Shown here: positions 22,295 to 32,150 of the stretch, piece by piece
Layout: each line of letters begins with the position of its first letter
Numbering within the stretch: position 1 is the stretch's first letter
Origin: an uncultured Spirochaetota bacterium
Lineage (GTDB): Bacteria > Spirochaetota > Spirochaetia > SZUA-6 > Fen-1364
Length of the DNA stretch: 64,000 nucleotides
Reading direction: 5' to 3'
Assembly (NCBI GenBank): GCA_963781885.1
Contig: CAWAHW010000005.1
Span: 256,001-320,000, forward strand
Notes under the pieces: model-generated
Seen by the model: only the letters and a program-made list of their open reading frames with translations
Told to the model about the DNA's origin: nothing
Database searches by the model: none
Translations under genes and position numbers: made by a program

Positions 22295-23516
22295 GGGAGG
22301 TGCGGAATCGGGAGGCGTCGGCGCGGAAGCCGATGACCTGGTTGCCGCCTTCACGCGACGCCTTGGCGACCGCGATGTCGGCCTCTTCGCGCAGGACGTT
22401 CTCTTCGATCAGTCTTCCGCCGCGCGAGCTCACCCCGATGGAGACGGTTCGCCGCATCCCCTCTATTTCAGTCTCCGCGGTCTTCTTGCGGAACTCCTCC
22501 AGCACGCGTACGGCAGCGTCCACCTCGGAGTCCGGGAGAACGACGGTGTAGCCGTCATTGCCAGCCTCGAAGATGAGGTCATGGAGCGGGAAAGACTGCT
22601 TCAAGAGGCGCGCGATCTCCGCGGTCACCAGGGGAAGGCGCTGGTCGATGTAGGGCTCATCGATGCGGATGCGCGCCACGGAGATGTCCTGGGCCGACGA
22701 GGAGGCGCGCTCCAGCTCGGCGCTCAGCCGCGGCTCGAGGAACTCCGCCCAGACCAGCCCCGTGCGGGGGGATGTGAGTCCCTGCGCTTTGGGCTCGGAT
22801 GCTTCCTCGACGGCAACCGGCTGCGGACGTCGCAGTGCCGGTTCCACAGGTGCCGGCGAGGGCGTTTCTTCACGCCGCGGCGCAGCCTGCTGCGGCACGG
22901 GCGAGGAGGGGCGCGCGGCGGCGGCCTCAGGCCGTGCCTGTCGGGGGGCGCGGGCGGAGGAATCGTCAGTCTGGACGCTCATGAATATGAGGATGACGAC
23001 GCCGCAGACCAGGAGGAATGCAAGGAAAAGGTACAGGTCGTCGCGGACCACCGGATACAGGTCCTCACGGCCCATGACGACGAAAAGTGCATCCAGCGTC
23101 AGTCCCGCCGCTTCTCCGGGGAGTGGCTCGCTTGCGAGGAAATCGTAGCCGCGGCTCATGTCGTAGGCGGGTGTGCCCCGCCATTCGGGTGTGGGCTCGG
23201 CGGGAACTTTCAGATAGGACCTGCTCCGCGAGACGACGTAAAGCAGACCGTCGGTGGGGGAATGCACGGAGAGGAGCAGGAGCCGCGGCTCGGCGTCGAA
23301 CACGTCCTTCATGTTCCTGGCGAACTCGGGGGTGCCGAAGCCGCCGGTGGAATCCCGCAGGGAAACGGCCTTTGCGACAAGGGCAGGGACCCGCTCCCGG
23401 GCGAGCTCGGCATTGTGCCGCCGCGACTCCTCGATCCGGAAACCCGTGAGCCCGACGATGAAGAGGAAGAAGACGCCGCTCACGATGAGGAAGATCCAAG
23501 AAAAGCGCTTATCCAT
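22275..23516 (-). CDS. Membrane protein with degenerate GGDEF domain
   Basis: Two TM segments, SPRTGL...EL.RA, TVSIGVS, AD.A..KA..EG.N; signature site reads AGNDG rather than GGDEF. Confidence 0.8.
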   Translation of the reverse strand: MDKRFSWIFLIVSGVFFLFIVGLTGFRIEESRRHNAELARERVPALVAKAVSLRDSTGGFGTPEFARNMKDVFDAEPRLLLLSVHSPTDGLLYVVSRSRSYLKVPAEPTPEWRGTPAYDMSRGYDFLASEPLPGEAAGLTLDALFVVMGREDLYPVVRDDLYLFLAFLLVCGVVILIFMSVQTDDSSARAPRQARPEAAAARPSSPVPQQAAPRREETPSPAPVEPALRRPQPVAVEEASEPKAQGLTSPRTGLVWAEFLEPRLSAELERASSSAQDISVARIRIDEPYIDQRLPLVTAEIARLLKQSFPLHDLIFEAGNDGYTVVLPDSEVDAAVRVLEEFRKKTAETEIEGMRRTVSIGVSSRGGRLIEENVLREEADIAVAKASREGGNQVIGFRADASRFRTSLTGSLS

Positions 23517-23608
23517 GCTGCTCTCCCCACGCTGTCGGGAGTATACTCTCTTTCACCCCTCCCGGGGAGGTCGGGGGAAGAGAAGACGAGACGGAACCGG
23601 AGGTCAGG

Positions 23609-24436
23609 ATGAGGGTGCGCAGACGTTGCCTTCCCCCGGGGTGGTATCCAGACACCGCGGAGCAGACCCGGCAGGCCATCGACGAGCTGGCGGAAAAGCT
23701 CCCGGCGGATGGCGCGACCGGTGTCGCCGGTGTGGCGCCGCACGCGGGTTGGGAGTTCTCCGGCGGCATTGCGCTGGAGGTTCTGTCACGAATTGCTCGC
23801 GGCATGGACACTATTGTCATTATCGGCGGGCACCTCGGTCCGGCTGACGGAATCCTTTGCGCCTTCGAGGACTCCTTTGAGACGCCCCTCGGTCCGCTTG
23901 CGGCCGATCGGGAGCTGCTGGACGCCCTGGGCCGCGCGGTGAAGCTTTTTGAGGACAGGCACCAGGACAACACGGTGGAGATACAGCTTCCTTTCATCCG
24001 GTACCTTGCCCCCGGCGCGCGTGTTCTGGGCATGCGGGCGCCGCCCTCACCGGAGGCGGAAACGCTGGGAGCGGCGATAGCCGAAGCCGCGGGGGGTCTT
24101 GGCCGCAAGGTCGCCGTGATGGGGTCAACCGACCTCACCCACTACGGGCCCAATTACGGGTTTGCTCCCGCAGGCTCCGGGCAGACCGGTCTTCGCTGGG
24201 TGAAGGACGTCAATGACAAGAGGATCATCGATTGCCTGCTGGCGCTCGACACAGGCCTCGCGCTGGAACGCGCGCTGCGGGAAAGATCGGCCTGTTCCGT
24301 CGGGGGGGCACTGGCGGCAATGGGTTTTGCCCGGTCGCGCGGGGTCCGTCACGGAACGCTCTTGAGCTACGCAACGAGTCAGGACATTCACCCGGAAGAA
24401 TCCTTCGTGGGATACGCCGGCGTGCTCTATTCCTGA
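23609..24436 (+). CDS. AmmeMemoRadiSam system protein B (MEMO1 family)
   Basis: PHAGW.FSG, E.QLPF, STDLTHYG, VGYAG. Confidence 0.9.
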   Translation: MRVRRRCLPPGWYPDTAEQTRQAIDELAEKLPADGATGVAGVAPHAGWEFSGGIALEVLSRIARGMDTIVIIGGHLGPADGILCAFEDSFETPLGPLAADRELLDALGRAVKLFEDRHQDNTVEIQLPFIRYLAPGARVLGMRAPPSPEAETLGAAIAEAAGGLGRKVAVMGSTDLTHYGPNYGFAPAGSGQTGLRWVKDVNDKRIIDCLLALDTGLALERALRERSACSVGGALAAMGFARSRGVRHGTLLSYATSQDIHPEESFVGYAGVLYS

Positions 24437-26117
24437 GAGCGGGCGGGAAAGGTCGCAAGCGTCCGCCTGACGCGCTCGATCGACCAACGGCGCGCCGCCT
24501 CGACCGACCTGTCGTCCGCAGTCTCCGCGGCCGCAGTCCGCCGCATATTCGCCGCAACCGGCAGGAGGGTCTGCACGATCTCCCGGCTTCCGGTGGAGAG
24601 TGACGACGACCACGCGCCCGGAATGGGCGGAATTTCCCCGAGGCTTTCGAGATCGCGTTCATAGCCTGAGAGTAGCTCCCGGATGTCCACGCTTTGCTTC
24701 GGACCGTTCCACGCGGGGTCACGGCGCGGCATGGAGCCACCCGCAGGCCCGGCGCCGTGGGCGACAGGCAGCGGCAGGCCACGACCTGGTGCCTGCGTCA
24801 CCTCGGCATCCATCGTCTGCAGCATCTCGGCCAAACGGTCCCTGTATGCCGTCATGACGGGCGTCGTGTAGAGCCATCCGACTTTCGATGCAGTCGCTCG
24901 TACTGTCGGAAGCATGCCAGAAGCGCGGCAAACTGGGATTCGATGGGTGAGAGCCTGTCCTGCCGGCAAGCAAAAAAATCGTAGAGATAGGTGCCGCGCG
25001 CATACATCTTGCCGTCAGGGTAGGAATAATCGGCCCCGTAAATGGAAATCTCGCGAGCGCCGAGGGACCGCGCGAGCGACACGGCCGCATGGGTTACGTT
25101 GCCGCCTGACATGTCCAGGCGCGGCAGGGCGAGCCCCCGCGCGCGAAAGTAGGAAAGCAGGGGGTGGGCACTCGCGGCGAACGCCACGCGGCCATGCATG
25201 CGCGCGAGGAGAGGCGGCGAGGCGGCGTCGAGAACGACGAGCGAGTTTTCCGGTACGCCGCGCATGAAATGAAGGTAGCTGTGGTTCTGGCAGTCGATCG
25301 AAACGACGGCGCCCGGGATAATTCCCACGGCGCGCAAGGCGGGAAGCGACGTGTCGGTGGCAATAATAAAGGATTCCTTCTGCCGCGCCGCAATTGCCGG
25401 CAGGGAGTCTTCGAGCGAAGGCCCCGCGGCAGTGACGCACGCGGATTGCACCGCAGGCAGGGGCTCCGGTGTCTCCGGCATGGACGCAAGGTTGCAGAGC
25501 ATGTTGGCCAGCCAGCGCTTGCCGAAATGGGCCTGTACTCCATAATCCGCACGCACGGAGTCGACGGCCCTCTGCACCTCGGCGGCAGCCTTTTGAAAGA
25601 AAGGAGCTTCGATGTCGCACCAGCTTCGCAGGGGAAGGGTGCGCAGGCTCCCCATCAGACCGGGGAGCCAGTCGGAGATGAGCCGGGCCCGGAGAGTGTG
25701 AGAGCCGGGAATCAGCGTGATCCGCGGGTCGCGAAGCACGGCTTCCATCGGGATGCTTGCGAGCAAGGAGCGCATCACGGCCAGGTCCTTTTCCACGATA
25801 AAGATGTGCGAGACATCGGGCCGCGCGAGCAATGCCGAAACGATGAGCCCGGAACCGAGCCCGAAAATAACGACGCACCCGCCCGATGGCAGCGAGGCTG
25901 CCACCCGGCGCGCCTCTTCCTCGGGATCGTAGAGGGAGTGCAGGGGTGCAACGCCGCCTTCCTGGCGTACGACGGAAACGGGCGCGCCCGTTCGGGCACG
26001 TGCGATGCCGATGCGCGGGTCAGGGTCGGAGGCGAGCAGCGCGCGGACGAGGTCGGGTGCACGCGCCCTCAGTGCTTCCAGGTTCGACGCAAGCACGCCC
26101 GCGGAAGCGCTATTCAC
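24427..26117 (-). CDS. Maf/DUF115 (MptE-like) flagellin-modification family protein, frameshifted near 24925
   Basis: LHSLYDP..EA, G.GSG, AAGPSL, GGNV, GADY; C-terminus in ORF 24427..24969. Confidence 0.75.
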
Positions 26118-27729
26118 CGAGTGACTTCCGTGCAAGGGCGTCGATGAACCGGCGGCAATTCTCAAGGATTTGCTCCGCCGCGCGCCGCGCGCCGGCATCA
26201 TCGCGCACGCGCAGCCTTTTCCTGCATTCGATCAGGCCGCGAGGCTCGATCATGCAGGGCAGCGCCAGCGCGAGCGGCATCTGGTCGAGCGCAAGCGGCA
26301 TGTTGATTTGCGCCATCAGGGGGCGTGGGTCGGCGAGCACGGTGCGCCATTCGGCGAGGATGCCCTGCACCTTGTTCCTGCGCTGCGGGAGCCGGGGAAA
26401 GTCCACAAGCAGGCGCCAGGGCGCCGCGGATGGGGCTGAGCCGAAACCATGCAGAAGTGTCTTCAGACCGGCACGGTCGAGTGATCGCAGTCCGGGAATC
26501 GGCACGGGGGAGGGAAGGAGCCGGAATATCCTCTGCGATCGGGACGCGGGCATGGCGCCGAACCACCCCGCGTAGGTGCGCATGGCCGGAGTCGCACGGA
26601 CGCCATTTAGTCTCGTGAGAGGTGCGTCGTGGAGCTGGATCGATCTGCCGTACCAGAGGCCGTAGTGGGGATGGCACCGGTCTGCCTGGAGCTGCAGCAG
26701 CCTGTCGAAAGCATTCGGCCGCGCATGCGACCTGATGTCGAGGCTGCACATGTCCAGGCCGCTGATGACGACCGGCGCCCGGGTGAAGGTGAGCGCGAGC
26801 TCCAAGGCCGTCGCGGAAACGGTGCCATGCGGTGGAATGAGAGGGGCGGCGATTCCGGCGGCGCCCAGCAGCGCCCGCTCGTGAAAAACAGGCTCCGCGA
26901 GCAGGAACGTGGGGGTCGTCCCGCCGCGGGAAGGCCGCAGGTCCCATGCCCCGCGCGCGGCGGAGAGGGGCATGGCGATGGGGCAACCGGGCGCGTCGAA
27001 ATGCAGGTGATGCATCGCGTAGTAGCCGGGGTCGGTCATGACGACCAGATCGGGCGCGACGCCGGATGCCTGGAGCGCCGCGCAGGCGGAGGGAAGCGCC
27101 CACACGTCCATCGCGGCGCGCATCTCTCGAATCAGGGGCAGGGCGTCTTCCAGCGTGGGGCCCGACGCGGCGATCAGGACGGGCCTGTCCGCGCCGCACG
27201 GCGCGCCGCCGAGCGGCCGTTCGATGCCCAGGAAGTTGCAGACGCTGTTGCGCATCCACAGCCTTCCCGCGGATGCAATCGTGGCAAAGCTGCCGCCGAG
27301 CTCCTGCGCGACCTGCCGGACCGCTTCACGCGCTTCCCGTGCCACCTGGGGGAAGAGCTGCGCCGCCGGGGCCCACTCGATGACGCGAAGGCCCTCGGCA
27401 TCCAGCTCGCCCAGTTCCCGGCGGAGAAAATCGATGAGGGGGAGCCCGCTGGCTGGATGCCAGCGGGGAACGCCGGGCGCGGAGGCATCGTGAACTTGCG
27501 TCGAATAAAAAACCCGGATCACCCGCGCCGCGGGACAGGCCGCCTGCGCGGCCTCGCTTACGTAGCCCAGGCCTTCCCCGAGCACGATGACCGTGGCGGG
27601 AGGATCGCCGCCCAGGTTTTCCGCGACGAAACGCGCCGCCTCCTTGCGGGGGTCATAAGGTGAATGGAATGAAACGCCGTCGACCTTCAGCGAGGGCGCA
27701 CCCGATCGCGCGGTGAAGGCCTCGATCAT
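26110..27729 (-). CDS. Maf/DUF115 (MptE-like) family protein
   Basis: HSPYDP.KEA, GEGLGY, SGPTL, TDPG, GTVS, GLD. Confidence 0.75.
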   Translation of the reverse strand: MIEAFTARSGAPSLKVDGVSFHSPYDPRKEAARFVAENLGGDPPATVIVLGEGLGYVSEAAQAACPAARVIRVFYSTQVHDASAPGVPRWHPASGLPLIDFLRRELGELDAEGLRVIEWAPAAQLFPQVAREAREAVRQVAQELGGSFATIASAGRLWMRNSVCNFLGIERPLGGAPCGADRPVLIAASGPTLEDALPLIREMRAAMDVWALPSACAALQASGVAPDLVVMTDPGYYAMHHLHFDAPGCPIAMPLSAARGAWDLRPSRGGTTPTFLLAEPVFHERALLGAAGIAAPLIPPHGTVSATALELALTFTRAPVVISGLDMCSLDIRSHARPNAFDRLLQLQADRCHPHYGLWYGRSIQLHDAPLTRLNGVRATPAMRTYAGWFGAMPASRSQRIFRLLPSPVPIPGLRSLDRAGLKTLLHGFGSAPSAAPWRLLVDFPRLPQRRNKVQGILAEWRTVLADPRPLMAQINMPLALDQMPLALALPCMIEPRGLIECRKRLRVRDDAGARRAAEQILENCRRFIDALARKSLGE

Positions 27730-27735
27730 GGGCGA

Positions 27736-29073
27736 TCAGCCCGCGAGCGCGTCGAGGATGCCGCGGAGCTCGCCGCCGTCGGCGGGCCATGATGCGGTCT
27801 TCAACACGCGCGGACCGCTCGATTCGCCGTGCGCGCCATTGCCGCCGAAAAGCCCGCGGAGGAAGCCCGCCATCTGGTGGAGGAAAAGATCGAGATCGCG
27901 CTGATCGAAGTCCGGGAGCCCGACGATGAACCTGCCCTGACGGACCGCCGTGATCCTGCCCAGGTCCGCGAGGAAGGACCCGAGGAAATAGGTGATGTCC
28001 TCGTGGAGACGAAAGGGGTCCAGGTGCGGGTGAGCCACGATGACGGCGCGGGAGAAATCCTCCAGCGAGAGGGACACCAGGAGGACGCGCGTCGGCGCGG
28101 TGCCGAGCCCCGAGATGAAACGCGTCATCTCGTTTCCCGGCGTTGTCTCCGCGGCATTCTGCGCGGCCGATACGACGATGCCCGCGTCCGCCATGCGGGA
28201 CGCCCGCGCGGCGTAGATGCGGTTCGCTCCAGCCAGTGCGACCTGCGCAAGGCAGGCAAGCAGCGCCGCATCGTCGGGGAAAGGTGAGGCGAGGTCCGTG
28301 GCGAGCAGAACGGCAATCAGCTTTTCCTCCGCGATGAAAGGCGTGAGGAACATCCTCGAAATGGAGGAAAACTCGCGGGAGGAAAAATACGCCTGGTACG
28401 GGGCAAGGGAAGGGGCGTCGGCGAGAAGGAGCGGCGCTCCGTTGGCCAGCGCATTCCAGCTTTCCGTGGCGCCCAGGGAGATGCGCAGGCGATGCATGGT
28501 GGTCGGATCGTAGCCCCTGCTCGCCCATGGCGCATATGCCACGCGGAGCGGGTCGAAGAGAAGCAGGGCTCCTTTCCCGATTCCCAGGCGTGTCAGAAGC
28601 ATGGAGAAGAGCTGGGACGGCAGCTCGACGCCGTCCGGCAGCGCGCGCAGCGCGGCAAGCATCTCCGCGGTCAGGGCCTGCGGATCTGCCGCGGGCGGAG
28701 CGGCGACCGGAGCCGGGACGGGCCGCGTTTCGCTTTCGGTCTTGAAAGGAAGTGGCGCTTCCGCGAAGTGCTCATCGGCAGGGAGGCCTTCTTCGATTTC
28801 CACGGTCTCTGCGGATGGCCCGCGTGGAAGAAGGGACGCCGGCACAGCCGGCGTCCCTTCCTGCGCAAGGGGAAGTCCCGTCGAAATCCTGTGAAGGAGA
28901 CCCGACCGAGGCTTTTCCCGAATGTCGGCGGCAGCCTGCGCATCATCGGGCACGGTGACCGGCTGAACGTCGGCGGCCGCGGCGGAGACTGAAGATGGTG
29001 TCTCGTCTCTGGTGGCGGCATGAATGCCACCGGGTACGGTGGCGGCGTGGGCCGCCTTCCGCAGAAGGCCCAT
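27736..29073 (-). CDS. Hypothetical protein (low-complexity N-terminus, possible GAF-like region)
   Basis: Long ORF abutting neighbours in an operon. Confidence 0.65.
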   Translation of the reverse strand: MGLLRKAAHAATVPGGIHAATRDETPSSVSAAAADVQPVTVPDDAQAAADIREKPRSGLLHRISTGLPLAQEGTPAVPASLLPRGPSAETVEIEEGLPADEHFAEAPLPFKTESETRPVPAPVAAPPAADPQALTAEMLAALRALPDGVELPSQLFSMLLTRLGIGKGALLLFDPLRVAYAPWASRGYDPTTMHRLRISLGATESWNALANGAPLLLADAPSLAPYQAYFSSREFSSISRMFLTPFIAEEKLIAVLLATDLASPFPDDAALLACLAQVALAGANRIYAARASRMADAGIVVSAAQNAAETTPGNEMTRFISGLGTAPTRVLLVSLSLEDFSRAVIVAHPHLDPFRLHEDITYFLGSFLADLGRITAVRQGRFIVGLPDFDQRDLDLFLHQMAGFLRGLFGGNGAHGESSGPRVLKTASWPADGGELRGILDALAG

Positions 29074-30951
29074 TTACTCGCCTAGTCCCAGGTCCTCGAA
29101 GAGCTTCTTGTACATCACGAAGTAGTCGGAGCTCGCGAACTCCTGGATTTTTTCATCGGGCAGGGCTTCAAGAAGGTGATCCATATACTTCAGCACCGTG
29201 CGAATTTCGTCTTTCAGGTTGTCGGGGATGCTCGTTGCCTCTTCGGCAGGGGCGGCCGCCGCGGCGGGCTTGCCCGCCGGTGCAGGGGACTCGCCGAGCT
29301 CTTCGAGCTCCGGGATGAGCTCCTGCATCTCCTCCGCCTCTTCGGCAGATTCCTGCAGATTCGCCTCATCCTTTGCGAGATCGGATTCGAACTCTATCTC
29401 GATCTCCTTCTCCGCTGCAGGCGCCTCGGTGCCCTCGTCCGGTGGCGATTCGAGCTCGCCGATCTCAAGGTCGTCGATGACCGGCGCGACAGGGACCTCG
29501 TCGTTCAATTCCTCCGCTTCGGCGGCTAGCGCCTCCAGGTCGACATCGGCGGCGAGGTCGACGCTTTCATCGGCCTTGTCCTCCGCGGCGGTGACATCTT
29601 CCAGGGGCTCGACGTCCGTCTCCTCTTCCGTGAGCGTCTCCAGCTCATCGACCTGCTCGGGGACCGCGTCGATGACGGTCGGCTCCTCGCCCAGATCGAG
29701 CGTTTCAAGGTCGATGGTTTCGCTCCCTTCGTCGTCCAGCGGCGACGAGGCGGGCGCGATGCTTTCCACCGCGGCAGGCTCCGTTTCGATTTCTGGTATT
29801 CCTTCCAGGTCGAGCTCCGGCAGGCCTTCCGTGCCCAATTCCGCGCCGGACGCGGCAGGCTCGGCTGCAAGCTCATCCAGCACGAGCTCGGAGGGAAGCT
29901 CTTCCAACGCGGGCTCGTCCATCGCGGCAGTGTCCGAGGTTGAAAGGATGTCGTCGTCGGCAAGAACGAGGGTATCGTCGCCCGGGGTATCGGTGCCCGC
30001 CGTCTCGTCGCCCAGCTCGAGGTCCAGGGCTTCAGGCACGGACGCGGCTGCTTCCGGGGCAGGGGTTTCGTAGCTCAGGATGTCTTCCTGCGGGTTCTGA
30101 TCCGCGCTCACGGTCTCATCCGGGGCAAGATCGAGATCCTCACCCAGCGTGGGAACCTCGGCCGCTTCTTCCGTGATCTCCGCCGTATTGAGGATGTTGT
30201 CCAGCTCGTCGCCCGTCAAGGCGATCGTCTCGTCCTCATCCTCGTCGAAGAATCCGCCCTGCGCTTCGGCGCTCACGGGAGCTTCTTCGTCGGCCGCACC
30301 CGCGGTCTTGCGCAGGCCGGAAAGCTCCGTGCGGAGCTGCGTGAGGTCCGTGCGGATGGAGCGGAGCTCTTCCTCGATGCGGGAAAGTATTTCCGCCGAG
30401 GATGACGAGGCGGCGCGGTGCTTGGTGGTGACGGAGGCAAGCTCGCTCTCCAGCGCCTCCAGATCGCCGAACTTGTCCTGCTCGGTGCCATTCTCGGACA
30501 GGGTGACCTCGATCTCGGTGCCTTCCGCGCCGGAGGAACGGGCGGCTTCGCTGTCTTCCTCGAGCTCGGGAAGCTCCTCGTCGGTGGGCTGTCCCAGGGC
30601 GATGTCGGAAACCACCGTGCCCTCCGTCACCGATTCGATGTCGGGAAGCTCGGACTCCGACAGGAGCGGCTCTTCCTCGGGGACAAGGACGTTTTCAGAC
30701 GCCGCCTCGGGATCGAGCTCGGTCTCCAGCTCGTCCAGCAGCTTCTCTTCTTCCGCGGTGAGCTCGCTGTCTTCAGGGGCGACAGCGGCAACGGCCGCCG
30801 CGGAAGGGCGGGAGCCGTCGAGGTCGGAAAGCTCGAAGGAATCCTCAAGCGCAGGTGCTGCGGCGACTGCGCGTGGTTTCACCTTCACCCAGACGCCGTA
30901 CTGTTCCAGCTTCTTTTCGCTCTCGGGGCTTCCCTGCTTTTCCCTTGCCAT
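29074..30951 (-). CDS. Highly acidic hypothetical protein with ordered-looking N- and C-terminal segments
   Basis: 625 aa dominated by E/D/A/P; ends ..LKYMDHLLEALPDEKIQEFASSDYF..LGLGE. Confidence 0.8.
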   Translation of the reverse strand: MAREKQGSPESEKKLEQYGVWVKVKPRAVAAAPALEDSFELSDLDGSRPSAAAVAAVAPEDSELTAEEEKLLDELETELDPEAASENVLVPEEEPLLSESELPDIESVTEGTVVSDIALGQPTDEELPELEEDSEAARSSGAEGTEIEVTLSENGTEQDKFGDLEALESELASVTTKHRAASSSSAEILSRIEEELRSIRTDLTQLRTELSGLRKTAGAADEEAPVSAEAQGGFFDEDEDETIALTGDELDNILNTAEITEEAAEVPTLGEDLDLAPDETVSADQNPQEDILSYETPAPEAAASVPEALDLELGDETAGTDTPGDDTLVLADDDILSTSDTAAMDEPALEELPSELVLDELAAEPAASGAELGTEGLPELDLEGIPEIETEPAAVESIAPASSPLDDEGSETIDLETLDLGEEPTVIDAVPEQVDELETLTEEETDVEPLEDVTAAEDKADESVDLAADVDLEALAAEAEELNDEVPVAPVIDDLEIGELESPPDEGTEAPAAEKEIEIEFESDLAKDEANLQESAEEAEEMQELIPELEELGESPAPAGKPAAAAAPAEEATSIPDNLKDEIRTVLKYMDHLLEALPDEKIQEFASSDYFVMYKKLFEDLGLGE

Positions 30952-31155
30952 TCCTGTCTCCTGAGGATGCGTTTGTCGCCATCCCCATTATCGGCGAAAC
31001 GTCCCCATAATTCCATCGATTCCCAAACAACAGTTTACGCCGGCGATTTTCAGGTTGTCAATTGGATGCCGGGGTCTGTTCGGTGCCGCCAGGACCTGAC
31101 GGGGCCGTTTCCACTCATTATTACGCCAGGGCCCGCCGTTATCAAAAGAGAACAC

Positions 31156-31602
31156 ATGCGGCGACTCCTGCCCCTGCTCATCGTCCTCTTCATCATCGCG
31201 TCCCTGGCGATATTCCTGTTCGGGGACTCTGGTCTCATCGCCTATGCGCGTCGCGAGCATTACCGGGAGAACCTTGCCGCGAATGTCAGCGCGCTTGCCG
31301 CGCGCCACCAGGCTCTGGAGGCGGAGCTTGCGCAGCTGAAGACGAACAGGGATACCACAATCGCCCTTGCGCGCGGGCTGGGGCTGTACGCGACGGACGA
31401 CAAGATCGTACAGCTCGAAGGCAGGGTGGCGAAGAGCGAGGTCTACGCGATGGGAGATCTCCTCAAGATGAACGATTCCGACGGCAATCGCAGCTCCATT
31501 TTCAAGCTGGCCGCCTTCATCGCCGCGGCGCTCCTCATCCTGGCGGCGTTCATTTCCGCGCGCGCACCCCGCAGGAGGGCGCTTGGTCATCACGACAGAT
31601 AG
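31156..31602 (+). CDS. ftsB: Septum formation initiator (FtsB/DivIC family)
   Basis: TM + FGDSGL + coiled coil + AR.LG. Confidence 0.7.
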   Translation: MRRLLPLLIVLFIIASLAIFLFGDSGLIAYARREHYRENLAANVSALAARHQALEAELAQLKTNRDTTIALARGLGLYATDDKIVQLEGRVAKSEVYAMGDLLKMNDSDGNRSSIFKLAAFIAAALLILAAFISARAPRRRALGHHDR

Positions 31603-32149
31603 TCCCGACTGCCTGGAAAGGCTGATCAGGGTTCTCTCCGAAGGCGGGGTCGCGATCGCACCGGGAGACACGATGTACGGGCTGATCGGCGTGGCACCCG
31701 GCACGGAGGATCGCATCCGTCGCATCAAGGGGCGCGGCGAAGACAAGCCCTTTCTCCAGCTCATTGCCGATCCTGCGTGGACCGCCCGTTTCTCCGATTT
31801 TCAGCTTCCGGGCAAGATTGCCCGGCACTGGCCGGGTCCGCTCACCGTCGTGGTACCCGACCGGGCGGGTGGGACGTTGGCGGTGAGGATGCCGGATTCG
31901 GACTTCCTGCTCCGCGTCCTCAAGGGCGTTCAACGGCCGCTCTATTCCACCAGCGTGAACCGGGCCGGATCCCCTCCGCTTCAAACGGTCGCGCAGATGC
32001 GGCGCGATTTCGAGCCCGATGTCGACCTTATTGTCGATGCCGGGGACCGCGCGCCGGGCGCACCTTCCACGCTGCTGGACCTCACCGTGAAGCCCTACCG
32101 TGTTCTGCGCCGGGGAGCTCTTTCACTTTCTCCCGAAGACCTCGCCTGA
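31583..32149 (+). CDS. tsaC: L-threonylcarbamoyladenylate synthase (TsaC/YrdC)
   Basis: DTMYGL, KGR..KP, WPGPLT, STSVN. Confidence 0.9.
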   Translation: MVITTDSPDCLERLIRVLSEGGVAIAPGDTMYGLIGVAPGTEDRIRRIKGRGEDKPFLQLIADPAWTARFSDFQLPGKIARHWPGPLTVVVPDRAGGTLAVRMPDSDFLLRVLKGVQRPLYSTSVNRAGSPPLQTVAQMRRDFEPDVDLIVDAGDRAPGAPSTLLDLTVKPYRVLRRGALSLSPEDLA

Positions 32150-32150
32150 G

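Noticed and set aside
22275-23516. Active diguanylate cyclase
   Set aside because: The GG(D/E)EF signature is replaced by AGNDG; recorded only as a degenerate domain.
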